A DNA stretch of 64,000 bases from Octopus bimaculoides (lineage: Eukaryota), in contig NC_068991.1 in assembly GCF_001194135.2 (NCBI RefSeq), positions 960,327-1,024,326 of the forward strand, given 5' to 3'. Shown one piece after another: positions 37,746 through 49,395 of the stretch. The notes below the pieces were generated by a model that saw only the letters and a list, made by a program, of their open reading frames with translations, was not told where the DNA came from and made no database searches. Position numbers and translations under genes: made by a program. How positions within the stretch are numbered: the stretch's first letter is position 1; each line of letters begins with the position of its first letter.

Positions 37746-38862
37746 CCTGAATTAGAAAGTAATGTTGTTTGCGTGTTGTGATATCTAAACATTTCAGTTT
37801 TTACATCTATTTTAAAGTGTGACATCTTGCGTTGCAGACACGCTTACGGTACCTGGGTAGGTGGGACGACCAAATTGGTGACAGAATAAAATTTAGTTAC
37901 GTCTTTTTGTGTTGCGAATTCAAATTTTACCCATGTCATCTTTGCCTTTGATTGTGCCGCGGTTGATTCTATAGAACTTAAGGCGCAGACGTGGATGTGT
38001 GGTAAGAATTTTGCTTCCAGGTTCAATCCATTCTCTGTGAATTGGTTGGCATTAAGAAGAGCATTCATCTGTAGAAATCATGCCAAAGCAAACATCGTCT
38101 CCAGGACTTATTTCTTTTCAAGCCTGGTACTTATTCTATGAGTTTCTATTGCCGAACTGCTAAGTTACAGGGATGTAAACAAACCAACACCTGTTGTTCA
38201 GTGGTGGGGGACAGACACACACACACACACATAGATATTCAGCAGGCTTCTTTTAGTTTTCACCAACCAAATCTACTCTCAAGGGATTTGGTTAGTCTGA
38301 GGCTATGGTAGAAGATTCTTGCCCAAAGTGCCCCATTGTGGCAAATAATATGGCCATTCCCTATTTAATTGTATTCCATCGCATTCTTAGGACCAATTCT
38401 ATCAGTCAACTAGTTAAATCTTTCTGTATCAGTTATGTACTGAATGTATGTGTGACAGAATAGAGACTATATCCTCCCATTCATTATTTTTATTGTCACT
38501 TTTGTTTCTCTGAAGACTATGTCATTGGATTTTTTGGAAATAATAGGTTTGTTCCTCATCAGGGCTTCTCTATCTTTCTGTTTTGACTTTCTTTGATGTC
38601 TTTTACTTTTTTGGTAAAATCATCATTCCATGATGTCTTCCATCTCTTTTATGATCTGATCATTCTATGAGCTTGTTCAATATTCTGTCACCATTTTTCA
38701 ACTATTCTGCAATGTCTTCTATTATTCCATGATTTACTCCATCATACTATGAATGGTTCTCACCAATCTGAACTCCTTCATCATTCTATAAAATATTCCA
38801 TCCTTTTCTCCATCCTGCCATCTTCTTTCTCCACAGGTTGTCCAAATTCTCTGACCGTCATC

Positions 38863-38890
38863 ATGATGTCCTTAAGGAGTAGAATCCAAG
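38863..38890 (+). CDS. ARHGEF39: ARHGEF39 first coding segment (MMSLRSRIQ); exon begins at 38837
   Basis: ccacag acceptor at 38836; ATG at 38863; G|GTAAAC phase 1 matches the next exon. Confidence 0.6.
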
Positions 38891-41800
38891 GTAAACAAGT
38901 CTTTTGGTCATTTTCAAACGGAACCGTTGTATCGTACAACTAGGTAGGTTGTTGTTATTAAAAAGGTTTCTATCTCCAAACGAATGAAATTCTTGGTTGT
39001 GACCAAAAACAATTCACCAAAACCTAATTCCTCCATTGCTCTACCAAATAAATATGGTTGCTTTTTTGGGAGAATTTTCGAAATTTAAGGGTTTTTTTTT
39101 TTTTTTTTTTTTGGACAGAATTGTTGACTTGTCACACAGAATTGTTGACTTGTCACACAGAATTGTTGACTTGTCACACAGAATTGTTGATTTGTCACAC
39201 AGAATTGTTGACTTGTCAGAAAGAATTTATGTCCAGAGTTTAAGTTCCATGGAAGTTGCTTTTTGCCTTTCATCCTTTTGGGGTCAATAGAATAAGGACC
39301 GCTTGAGCACTGGGGTTGACGTAATTAACTAAACCCACACCTCTAAAAATTGCTGGCCTTGTGCCAAAATTAGAAACCATTATTAACTTGAAGTGGGTGG
39401 GGGGGGATTGTGAAAAATCAGTAGAACATCATTCATAGTCTTTGGCAGTATTCAGTTGTGGCCATTTGTGTCCTGGGTTCAAATCTCATCAAGGGCAAGT
39501 TTGCCTTTACTGTTCCTGGGGTTTAAAAATACTGTACCCGTCCTCTACTGGGGTTGATTTCAACTCTATCCATTCCTCACACATGTCTGGTCTTCTGGTC
39601 ACATTCCCAGTTAATATGATTCTTGTTGTGGTTGTTGTTTCTTCAGTATTAAATGAGATTGCACAAGAAGAAAAGGCTGAGTACAGATCTCCGGAAGAGC
39701 TTTCGAAAATAGCAGCATTCAATGAAGCGAAACGAGAGAAACGGCGCCGGAAAATCATCAAAGAAATCTTTGAAACTGAGAAGACTTACCAAAACCTCTT
39801 GGACATTATACACAGAGTAAGTGGTATTTGTGGTTCTTTATTAAGTGTTGGTGTTGTGGTACACCTGTTTGTTGTGATGCTTCTGTTTGTTGTGGGTCAA
39901 CACAATAACCATGACAAGGGACTTTACACAGTCGCTTGACCTGCTAATAATAACAGCCAAATCTTCCTTATAGCACAACCTACCACCTTATCTATAGAGC
40001 ACATTAGACAATGTAGTCCTAGACACTTCTAAGTGTTAGTGATGGTCATGGCTGCAATGTGTTTGATTATAAGACTACTGGATCACAGCTGACCAAGGGC
40101 TAAACAACAGTTGAAATATAAGCAGCAGAAAACTGTCTGATTTTCTTTTTTTTTTTTGGTTTGTTTTATTTATTTTTTTGTGTTTGTTTTTTCCAGTTCT
40201 TCTATTTCCCGCTGCGATTTGACTGCATCATTCCAGAGGCCGTCCACAACAAACTGTTCAGTAACATCGAACAAATCCAACATGTGAACATAAAGTTGCT
40301 GGATCAAATGGAACAGAACACCATAGGACAAGCTTTCCTCTCCCTCGGGCCTTTTCTCAAACTCTACTCCACTTATGCTAATAATCACACTCAAGCACTT
40401 GCCACATTCCAAGTAAGATCTCTCACTTTGACCTCAGTATGTTACACTCAGAGAAAGACTAGTCATATTTTTACCCCCCCTCCCCCCAATCCATTCCCCA
40501 AACACCTGTCACTCAGCAGCTCTATATGAGACTGTAACAGTGAGAAACAAATTAAATTGACCTGCCAGAAACAACAGCCAAATCCCTCTCAATCGTTTTT
40601 TACTGTCTTAAAGAAAGACCCTGTTAGATAACTTGCTCTTGGGTTACTTGTACATAGGTAATGGATGGGGTGGTCATATCTGGAACGTTTTTAATCAGTT
40701 TGCTCAGTTGGGGTTGACTTTGGGTTAAACAATGTCACTGAGAAAGACCCATCACTCAACAACTCTAAGACCTGTCATTCTGTAATAAATCTCTGCCCTA
40801 CACTCCAAGTAAGACTCGTCACTCACACTTTACTCCAATTCAACTGATGTTGTTTAACCCCAGGTCAGTCCTGATCCAGTCAACCTAGAATTAAAAATCC
40901 TTTCTGCTATAGGTACAAAGCCTGAAATTTTCTTTGGTGGGGTGGGGTGGGGGATAAATCGATTACATCGACTCAGTACGTAACTGGTACTCATTTCATC
41001 ACCCCCGCAAGGATGAAAGGCAAAGTCGACCTCGGCAGAATTTGAACTCAGAACGTAAAGACTGCCAGCTCCTTGCCGCTTTAAACCTAGAATTAAAAAT
41101 CTCTCAGCTGTGACTTTTGACATAGTGGTGTATCTACAACTACATTCTATATTTTGTTTTTTAAAAATGAAAAAATATTTGAGGGACATATAGTTGCTGT
41201 CTCTAGCACACTGAAAGGGACCATGTGACGGTTGCTGTCTTGGCTCATTGTTTGACCGAATCGTGCAGTTGTTGAATCCAGAACACTTGTCTGTGGTAAA
41301 CAAAGATATGTGCTAAGGGAGGTAACTCTAAAAGTCAGTTACCGTGAAACGAGTTGTAATTTAACCTTCTCGCACCTGGGTCCCTGTGTCAAATTTACTT
41401 TCCCCTTGGGCTCCCGAGCAAAAAAAAAAAAAAAATAGTTGCATGGGGTCGATTGCTTGACTAAAGGCAGTGCTCCAGCATGGCCACAGTCAAATGACTG
41501 AAACAAGTAAAAGAACATTCACAGCTCAAGAGTAACAATTTCAAGCAAATTAATGGACGGAATCAGTTGCATCTCCTTTCACCTGTGTTGATAATTAATT
41601 CTTTACTGAGAATCTGGTTGAGATGACATTTCATCTATTCCTGTGCGACAGGGTTAAGGATGGCCATAGTCTAATGAGTGTGAACATAGATCTGAACGAC
41701 ATTTTACTGAATTTATAAATGGTCCATCTCTTTATTTGAAAGAAATTGTTTCCTCTGCAGGAATGGTTACAGAAAAGCTCTGAATTTGCTGAGTTTATCC

Positions 41801-44800
41801 AAAACCAAGAAGCCAGGCCCGAAGTTATGGGATTAAAGTTCAATGCATTATTAATCACACCTGTTCAAAGAGTTCCAAGGTAAATTGCTTGTATTTCTGA
41901 AACGAGTTCTTGCTACGATAATCCTTTTCGACCTTTTCACTAATGGAATAAATTTTCTTTATGTTTTGAGTAATTCCTAAAATAATCAAGAATTTGGAAA
42001 GAAATTACGAAATCACTAGTTTTTCAACTGTTGTGTTTGGGACATAATAAAAGACAAATAGATTCAGATGGAACGTAATAAAAAACAAAATATATATCAG
42101 TTTAATTAAGATGGTGTTTGGAACAAATTCTTGCATGTCTAGAAAAGCAAACATAAAAGTGTTGCTATCTGTTTGGTATCAAAAGATTATTGAATTTCAA
42201 AACATAAGAAGAAGAAGAAGAAATTCCTTAAAGATGGCATGGAATGTCCAGACAATATTACAGAAAAAAAAGGAAAACTATTTTAGCCAAGTTCCTTCTG
42301 TTTTACATTCTTCAGCCATTTGCTTCTCACTCCCCCCCACCGCCATTGAACTATTAATCCCCTGAATATTGTCTGTTCTCATTCTCTCAGATATAAACTG
42401 TTGTTGGAAGATTTACTGGAACACACTCCCACCTCTCACTACGACTACCATGACTTACAAGGTAAGATTTGTATTTCACTGCAAATGGCCCGGGGGGGGG
42501 GGGGTATGTAAACGGACAGGTGATGGTGGTGGTTTACATTGAACATCTTTTTTTTTTTTAAATTAAATATTTTTTTAATGTTCCTGGAAGTGAAAGAAAT
42601 GAAACTGTAACCAGATAGAAACGATGTCTTCTGGTTCTGCACCGTTATTTCTTTGTTTGCCTTTATTTCTTTCTGCAGCCGAACTTTCTTGCCTTCTCTC
42701 ATTTTTTTCTCTTTGTAAATATTTCAGAGGCTACAAAAGAAATCTGCAACATAGCGTTCCACATCAACGAGCATGTCCGACAGCATGAAAACTTCCAGAA
42801 GATGCTCACCATTCAGAAATCTCTGGGAACGACTCCGAAAATCCTGTCTCCTGGCCGAGAGTTTATTCGAGAAGGAGCACTCCGAAAAGTAGGTAACTCA
42901 GCCTTGCCACGTCCACCCAAGTTGATAAGGGTCATCTCTATAAATAACCTCGACTCCCTCCCCCCCATGACACTTCATGTGCTGAAGAATTCGTTTCTAA
43001 TCCGCAACTGTCAAATTCTCTTCTGATGGAACAAAGACATCACAAATCTCTATTTCCATTGTTCTCAGTACCGTCTCTCTTGTATATAAACTGCGACTGT
43101 CTTTTTGGTATCTGTAAATGGCGTGGTTGCCATGGAAAGCATAAGCAGTGGCATGGATCCGGCTGTCTTCTTGTGGTGTTGGTCAGTGAGGTGGTAGAGT
43201 ACACCTGATTGGTGTTATTCAGGTCTCCCTCAGTTTGGTCAGAGATAGTAACTCCTATAGCTACAATAAGTGTTGGGATCCTTGCACAAGACCTTTTCAC
43301 GTTGGTCAGTATGGTCAGAGATGTCTTCCTCTATTGAAATATTGTGGGGTCCTTACTGACGAAACCCTTCTATTTAGCAACTCACCTTTCTCTGAATTAA
43401 AAACATTTTTGACATTTGATGGAATGTTTGTAATTTCACCAAAGTTTTTTTCTTCGAGTGTCGAGGGCAAGATAGACTGGTAGAGTCCAATGTTCACCAT
43501 GACCTCTTGGCAGAGTCCATTTCTGTCCAACAGAAAGTTAAAACGACTTTTAGCTTTTTGCGTTGCAGTGATTGTAAACCATTGTACTGGAGGAGTTACT
43601 TCCCTTGGTTTTGATTTGATTTTCTTTTTAATATTCGAGTCTTAGTTTCGAAAAATATTAGGATTAAATGCTTAGTGATACTTAGTTAAATCCCTTTATA
43701 TTCTGAGTCTGGGTAGCTCTATGGTCAATTTTGTCTTTTATACTGTTGACGTTGACTCAATAATCTACCTGTTATATGCTGGGGTCGATTTGTGTATCTC
43801 TTGCTTTCTATGTTAATGCAAAAACACCGTTTGGTAGACTTCTAAGGTTTATGGGTCGAGGAGTTTAGGAGGATGTTTAATTGTTGTGTATTGATGTCCT
43901 ACTGAAGTTTAGGAAATCCTGAGTAAGGTGTGGGGGTAGATATTTATATGTGTGTGTGTTTATGTTGAGGGATCCAGGCGTTTAAGAGTGTATTTGTGTT
44001 AAACTAAGTTCTAGGGACACACAAGTGACAATACATATATATATATATATATAGACAGACAGACATCGTAGAGAGAGTTACATAGAGAAGGAGGTGGTTT
44101 CTTAATTCTCAAGCTTTGGATCACATTTGATCCAATTGATCGAGGATAAAAGAGTATCCAAGGCCAACCGTGACCATCCTGCCTTTTTATGTACTCAAAC
44201 GTAATATATCTATGATTGCAGTATTCCAATGGCATGTGTTGTGATAGTTCACCAATTGGCAGTTTCAAATTTCATTATGGGTGCAATTTCACCCACAGGT
44301 CATGGGGATTCTCACGTGATATAGAACAATGCTTTGAGCGGGATTTGAACACCTGATGGTTTTTTTATTTGTGCTTGTTTGTTTACGTCCCTCAGACACG
44401 GCATTCAGCCTCTGCGTCTTCTCTGCAGGTCGCTCGTAAAGGAGGCAAGTCTCACGACCGGATGTTCTTCCTCTTCTCTGACATGCTCATCTATGCCAAA
44501 CCAAAGTTGCTGGACACTTGCAATTCTTACACCTGTTGCTGTGTTTTGCCTCTGAGACACTGCACCATACAGCGACTGTTTGAAGACAATAAGGAACTCC
44601 ACAGCGGTGGGATGTTCCAGGTAAGTAAATTTGGCACCAAAGTCACTGTTCTGAGATCAAATCTCTTTCTCTCTCTCTCTCTCTCCCTCTAACTCTTTCT
44701 CTCCCTCTCCCTCCCTCTCTCTCTCTCTCCCTCTAACTCTTTCTCTCCCTCTCCCTCCCTCTCTCTCTCTCCCTCTAACTCTCTCTCTATTCTGATTAAC

Positions 44801-47800
44801 TCTTTAGAATTCAAATTATTTTGTCAACTGTAATGTCAGTTTATTCGCATTGTTTTAAATTAGTCATTCATCATCTAGCTTTGAGATTTCAACAATGTGA
44901 TTGTTTATTTTTAGACTGACATTGTAGGATATGTGTGAGAGGCCAGATCTGGTTAGTCTGAACATAAAACAAGGTTGAGTATTTGGGTAGGCTGTGGTTG
45001 ATTTAAATGCTAAAAAGGAGTTAATCTTTCCAAATCTTTTCTCCTGAAATCTGTAGGATCTACAACCCTAACCAATTTCTACAGTCACTTCTGTTGTCTC
45101 CTGTTTAAACCCCTAATTCTGGTTTTCTGCTCCTTCTTTACTCTTCAGATCACCTGTAAAGAGGAGTCCTTAGTTCTGTATTCCCTTGATCCTGCAGAGG
45201 TCACAGCCTGGATAGAATGTCTGGAATTGACAATTAAGTGAGTATCCATTGTTTGCGATTCTTTGCAGAGAGGTCTAGGGTTGTGTGGGGGAAGAAAATC
45301 TGTGCAACATGATTATTGTTGTTGTTGTTATTATTATTATTTCCTTAGTGTTTGCTAGTAACTAATGATCCTTCTGCTGCTGCTGCTGCTGTTTTTTTCA
45401 GAAAGCTCACAGACAATCGACAGACATTAAGGAAACCCAGCAGTAACAAAGTCCCACTGCGGGGCCGTACACTATTGAGGCAGAAGAAACTTGACAAGAA
45501 AAATAGCCGGAAGGTAATGGAATTGAATCCGTTCTTTTTGTTATAACATATTTATATTATTATTGCTCCCATCACCATTCTTTCCACTTTGTCAAGCCAT
45601 CAAAATATTAGGTGCCACTGTTTTCATACCGTTTGTTTGCTTATTAACTTAAGTCTACATAGTTGTTATTATTATTATCATTATCATTATCTATACATAT
45701 AAATTTGACATGGGCGATTCTTTCTTGTCTTGGGATTCACGGTCAAACGGCTGGGTGGAATTGCCTGAAAAATTACACAGATGTGTAGAATGATCCCATG
45801 AGGATGCTGGGCTTTGTATTTTTTCATAGCGCCCAAGCTTACCGAGATGATCTACTGTAATAATACTCTTGTGTTTATGAATGAGAAAGGAAGGGGTGAT
45901 AGATGAATAAGGAATAAAGGGTTGATGTTACACTTGGTAGCGGGATGATGAAAATTATATTTATCCTCCTGCGTTTTGAGGAATGAAAGTGAGTCAATAT
46001 TTTCTGAGAATCTTCACTTTGAGGTGTTCCTCAAAATTACAGCTGTTTGATGTAAAATGTTTGGCAAGTTCTGAAAATAAATAATTTTTCACCTTATTTT
46101 ACCTTTCTGGTACACCAAATACATTTGTTGATGTTTTTTCCCTCTAGGTACGACCAACAATTCAGAAATCCCTGCTCTTTACCCAGGACAAGAACTCCCC
46201 TACATCTGATGTAATGGAATCAGAAGTCAAAGAGTCAACCCCAATCCAAAATTCAAGGTCTCATTCACCATTCCGTGAACCTGACACAATTCTAGATTCT
46301 TCATTCAAAAGAAAATGGGAGAAGGAAGCATCTGAAATTGAGAAACAACTCTCATCAGAACTGGTAATCTTGTTCTTCTTCTTCTTGTTGAAGTAGTGAA
46401 GTGGTAGAATTGATAAAAGGACCAGAAACAGTACCTTGTGGTATTTACTTATGTCCTTTTATGTTCTGTGTTTAAATTCAGCTGATTGGAGCCTGGTGTA
46501 GCCATCTGGTTCACCAGTCCTCAGTCAAATCGTCCAACCCATGCTAGCATGAAAGCGGACGTTAAACGATGATGATGATGTTGACTTAATTTTTCATCTT
46601 TCTGACGTTGAGCAAATAAATTACTCGTTAAGAACTGAGGCAAATATCCTCATCATCGTTATCTTCGTTTATAGTTTTACATCTGCTTTTTCCATGGGTC
46701 AGTGGTTCCTAAACTTTTTCGGGCTGCCGCCCCCTTGACACCCAAGCCACATTCCTAGTGCCCCCACCCCCAACTAACCATCACAAACATGGATCCCTTT
46801 CTGAAGCAAATTCAAAGCAACTGTATTTCACAAATAAAACTTAACCTAATAAACCCATTATTTTGTTGTTTTGACATGAATCGTTAAATCCATTATCGCC
46901 CCACTTTTCTTCAATGCCCCCTTGGAACTTTCCACCGCCCCCGGGGAAGGAGGAGCAATATCGCCCACTTTGGGAACCACTGTATCCTCTCTCTCCTTCA
47001 CCATCTGGATGTCTTGAATGGATGTGGCAGTTCCATACCCATATTTATAAATGTTTTTATGTCAAATTCTTAAAAAATAACAATTTCACATTAAACTGAA
47101 AAATTATTCAATAACTTCTAAATACAGTATTAACAGTGACTTCGAAGTTTCGATTTCCAGCAAGTTTTCATAAGTGAGAAAACGACATTCGTATATTAAA
47201 CACGATTTATATTTCCTTTCCTAACAATCAGTTTTTGTTAGCAAACAGTTCTGTGTTAAAGAACCTCCAAAGTGACATCACTGAATGGAGTAGTGTAGCT
47301 TGGACTCTTTTACTGGAAGTCTCGCAATACTGCATCCAAGTTACGAGAAAATTTCGGGACGAAGCTGGCCTTTAAAGCCTGTTAGAGTTATGTCCCTTAG
47401 ATTAGTTTTTTTTTTTTCCCGACGATACTTTGTGATTATGAAACGAGGGGGTGGCATTGAGGTGGAGAGATGAGGGGTTTCTTTAAAGGTCATGCATGGG
47501 TGTGTAAGTAGAGATGTGTGTTCCCCTCCCCCCACATCTATATATCATCATCAACTTCATCATCAGTTTCACATCCACTTTTCCCTGCTTGCATGAGTCA
47601 GATGGATTTTGTTGAAGCAGATTTTCCACAGCTGGATGCTCTCCCTGTCGCCAACACTTTCCAAGCAAAGTCATATTTCCCCCATGGCCGGACGTGTTTT
47701 CATGGAAATTTGGAAAGGAAGGACACTTCTTGTATGACAGTGGCAGTCGTTTACGACCGACAAGGATAAAATGCACACGTGCATGTGTGTGTGTTGGAGT

Positions 47801-49395
47801 AATACTTATTTTGTGGGGGTGAGGGGAGGGCTGGACGATGCCACTTGCTGCCACTCACCGTTCAACTTTTGAGTCTGTCTCCAAGTGATGTCTGGCAAGT
47901 TTGTGTAACAGATTTATTTGGTGCTTTGTGTTGCAGGGTGGGAGTGGTTGTTGATAAGACTGCTGTGAGATTTGAACTTAGGCCCATGGGTTCAGAAATT
48001 TATTAATCTATACCCACATGTCACAGTCACCGTGCTTCCCAATTATTGCTAATTAATGTTTGGTGTAATTACAATATCTTTTCTGCGATCAAATCTTGCT
48101 GAGGTGCACTTTAGGTTTCTTGTTTTCAGAATTGGTAAATTCAGTAACAGTAATATATTGGGGCTGATTCATTCGACACCCCCTCCCCTACATTTCAACA
48201 CCATTGCACCCCCACCCCCACCCCGTTACCACTCCCATCCAACAACAATTGGTCAAAACTTTCTGCTTCACCTCATGAAATCCATAATTGCTAACACGTT
48301 TTTGTCCTTCTCTCTGCAGTGGTCGTCCTCTTTGGATTGCCCAGCTGGGGCTGTGTCTTCCCGTCATGATGAGATGGATTCTTTTATGTTGGTTGATGAA
48401 GGTTTAACAGACAACATAGGCACCGACCTGCTGACACCAGAAAACAATGAAAACATCAACAACAACAACATCAACAACATTGACGACACACCTCAGCTCC
48501 CTCCCCAGAACAACATTCGAGAAGGTCGACCACGCCCACTTTCTCAGTTTTTGTAAGTAAATCCATTTAAATCTTCATCCACATTTCTACCCTGTCTTCT
48601 GACTCTTTCAAGGATGATAAAATGCAGTACCAACTAAATCCTGGGGATTTGATGTAACTGACAAACCCCTTCTCACTAAATTTCAGGCCTTCTGCCCCAC
48701 CGTCCTTCATCTCTGTCCTATACTAGGCTAGCCAAGTATCTCCTCTGTAATAAGACAATTGTCTGTCTGTCCGTCTCACTTGCTACACAGCCACTGCTTT
48801 CCCTTCCACTCTCCTTCTCGAGACTAAGAAGTCTTTGTTTTGCTTGTTACTTAGCAACCCTGCTAGTGCTGGTCCCACATAAAAAAAGCCTCTGTGCCAG
48901 TACCATATGAGAAAAGCACCAAGTCCACACTCTGTAAAGTGGTTGGTATTAGGAAGGGCATCCAGCCATAGAAACCGTGCCAGAACAGACAGTTGGAGCC
49001 TGATGCAGCTCTCCAACCATGCCAGCTACTTTGAAACTGTCAAACCCATGCCAGCATGGAAAAATGGGCGTTAAATGATGATGAAAGTGTTGGCATTCCA
49101 TTGAAAGGGCCATATTGTTACCTCAGTCCCTTATACACCAAGAAACCAGGTTAAGCATTTGCCTTTTGAGTCCTAGGGGACATGACAGACCCAACCCCTA
49201 ATATAATATTGATAATTTTATATATAATTCATCCGTCTTCTTTGTAATTAACACCTGACACTTTCTCTCTCTCTCTCTCCTAGCAATGCAGACCATGAGG
49301 ACCCACCACCCACAAGGTATAAATCCCTCAACAGTGTCTTCTCTTCCACCAGACGACGTTTCCAAGATCGAGATCAACGCTGTTCCTTGCAGTAA
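38863..49395 (+). CDS. ARHGEF39: Rho guanine nucleotide exchange factor 39-like (DH-PH, extended tail, CaaX), 12 coding exons, 572 aa
   Basis: join(38863-38890,39647-39816,40197-40412,41761-41879,42391-42461,42728-42888,44429-44620,45149-45237,45402-45513,46148-46363,48320-48552,49284-49395) = 1719 nt, GT-AG, in frame. DH motifs EIFETEKTY, LKLYSTYANN, QEARPEVMGL, LITPVQRVPRYKLLL. PH motif RMFFLFSDMLIYAKP...CVLPLRHCTIQRLF...GGMFQI matches the ARHGEF39 pattern as recalled. No FYVE domain. Confidence 0.85.
39115..39219. repeat. Minisatellite, 5 x 21 bp (acagaattgttgacttgtcac)
   Basis: Directly readable; 1-2 substitutions; no spacers. Confidence 0.95.
39647..39816 (+). CDS. ARHGEF39: ARHGEF39 exon (DH start, RKIIKEIFETEKTY)
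   Basis: ttcag|TA; AGA|GTAAGT. Confidence 0.92.
40197..40412 (+). CDS. ARHGEF39: ARHGEF39 DH exon (LFSNIEQI...LKLYSTYANN)
   Basis: ttccag|TTC; CAA|GTAAGA. Confidence 0.94.
41761..41879 (+). CDS. ARHGEF39: ARHGEF39 DH exon (QEARPEVMGLKFNALLITPVQRVPR)
   Basis: ctgcag|GAA; AG|GTAAAT. Confidence 0.95.
42391..42461 (+). CDS. ARHGEF39: ARHGEF39 DH exon (YKLLLEDLLEHTP)
   Basis: ctcag|A; G|GTAAGA. Confidence 0.94.
42728..42888 (+). CDS. ARHGEF39: ARHGEF39 DH-PH linker exon (HINEHVRQHEN...PGREFIREG)
   Basis: ttcag|AG; AAA|GTAGGT. Confidence 0.94.
44429..44620 (+). CDS. ARHGEF39: ARHGEF39 PH exon
   Basis: ctgcag|GTC; CAG|GTAAGT. Confidence 0.94.
45149..45237 (+). CDS. ARHGEF39: ARHGEF39 PH C-terminal helix exon (AWIECLELTI)
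   Basis: ttcag|ATC; AA|GTGAGT. Confidence 0.93.
45402..45513 (+). CDS. ARHGEF39: ARHGEF39 polybasic exon
   Basis: ttcag|A; AAG|GTAATG. Confidence 0.85.
46148..46363 (+). CDS. ARHGEF39: ARHGEF39 tail exon
   Basis: ctctag|GTA; CTG|GTAATC; 72 stop-free codons. Confidence 0.75.
46700..46982. mobile_element. hAT (Charlie-like) MITE
   Basis: TIRs cagtggttcctaaac / tttgggaaccactg; no 8-bp TSD recognisable. Confidence 0.7.
48320..48552 (+). CDS. ARHGEF39: ARHGEF39 tail exon (...GRPRPLSQF)
   Basis: ctgcag|TGG; TT|GTAAGT. Confidence 0.78.
48780..49085 (+). mobile_element. Non-LTR 3'-tail repeat family ending ccatgccagcatggaaa..gacgttaaa(tga)n
   Basis: Copies at ~17745-17940(-), 18600-18880(+), 22660-22805(+), 28796-29000(-), 29085-29265(+), 46480-46580(+), 47544-47760(-). 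Simple-repeat tail typical of LINE or LINE-tailed SINE 3' ends. Confidence 0.7.
49284..49395 (+). CDS. ARHGEF39: ARHGEF39 terminal exon ending CSLQ*
   Basis: long CT tract cctag|C; phase 2 matches the previous donor; TAA at 49393-49395. Confidence 0.75.

Noticed and set aside
38525-38566. CUGAUGA GGAA...UUCC AAAA hammerhead-like string on the - strand
   Set aside because: G12A substitution and no helix I or III; at most a dead relic.
39115-39219. CRISPR-like array
   Set aside because: Head-to-tail repeats without spacers in a eukaryotic intron.
39647-45237. FGD-family (FYVE-RhoGEF-PH) assignment
   Set aside because: No FYVE cysteines or second PH domain follow the PH; the motif pattern fits ARHGEF39 better.
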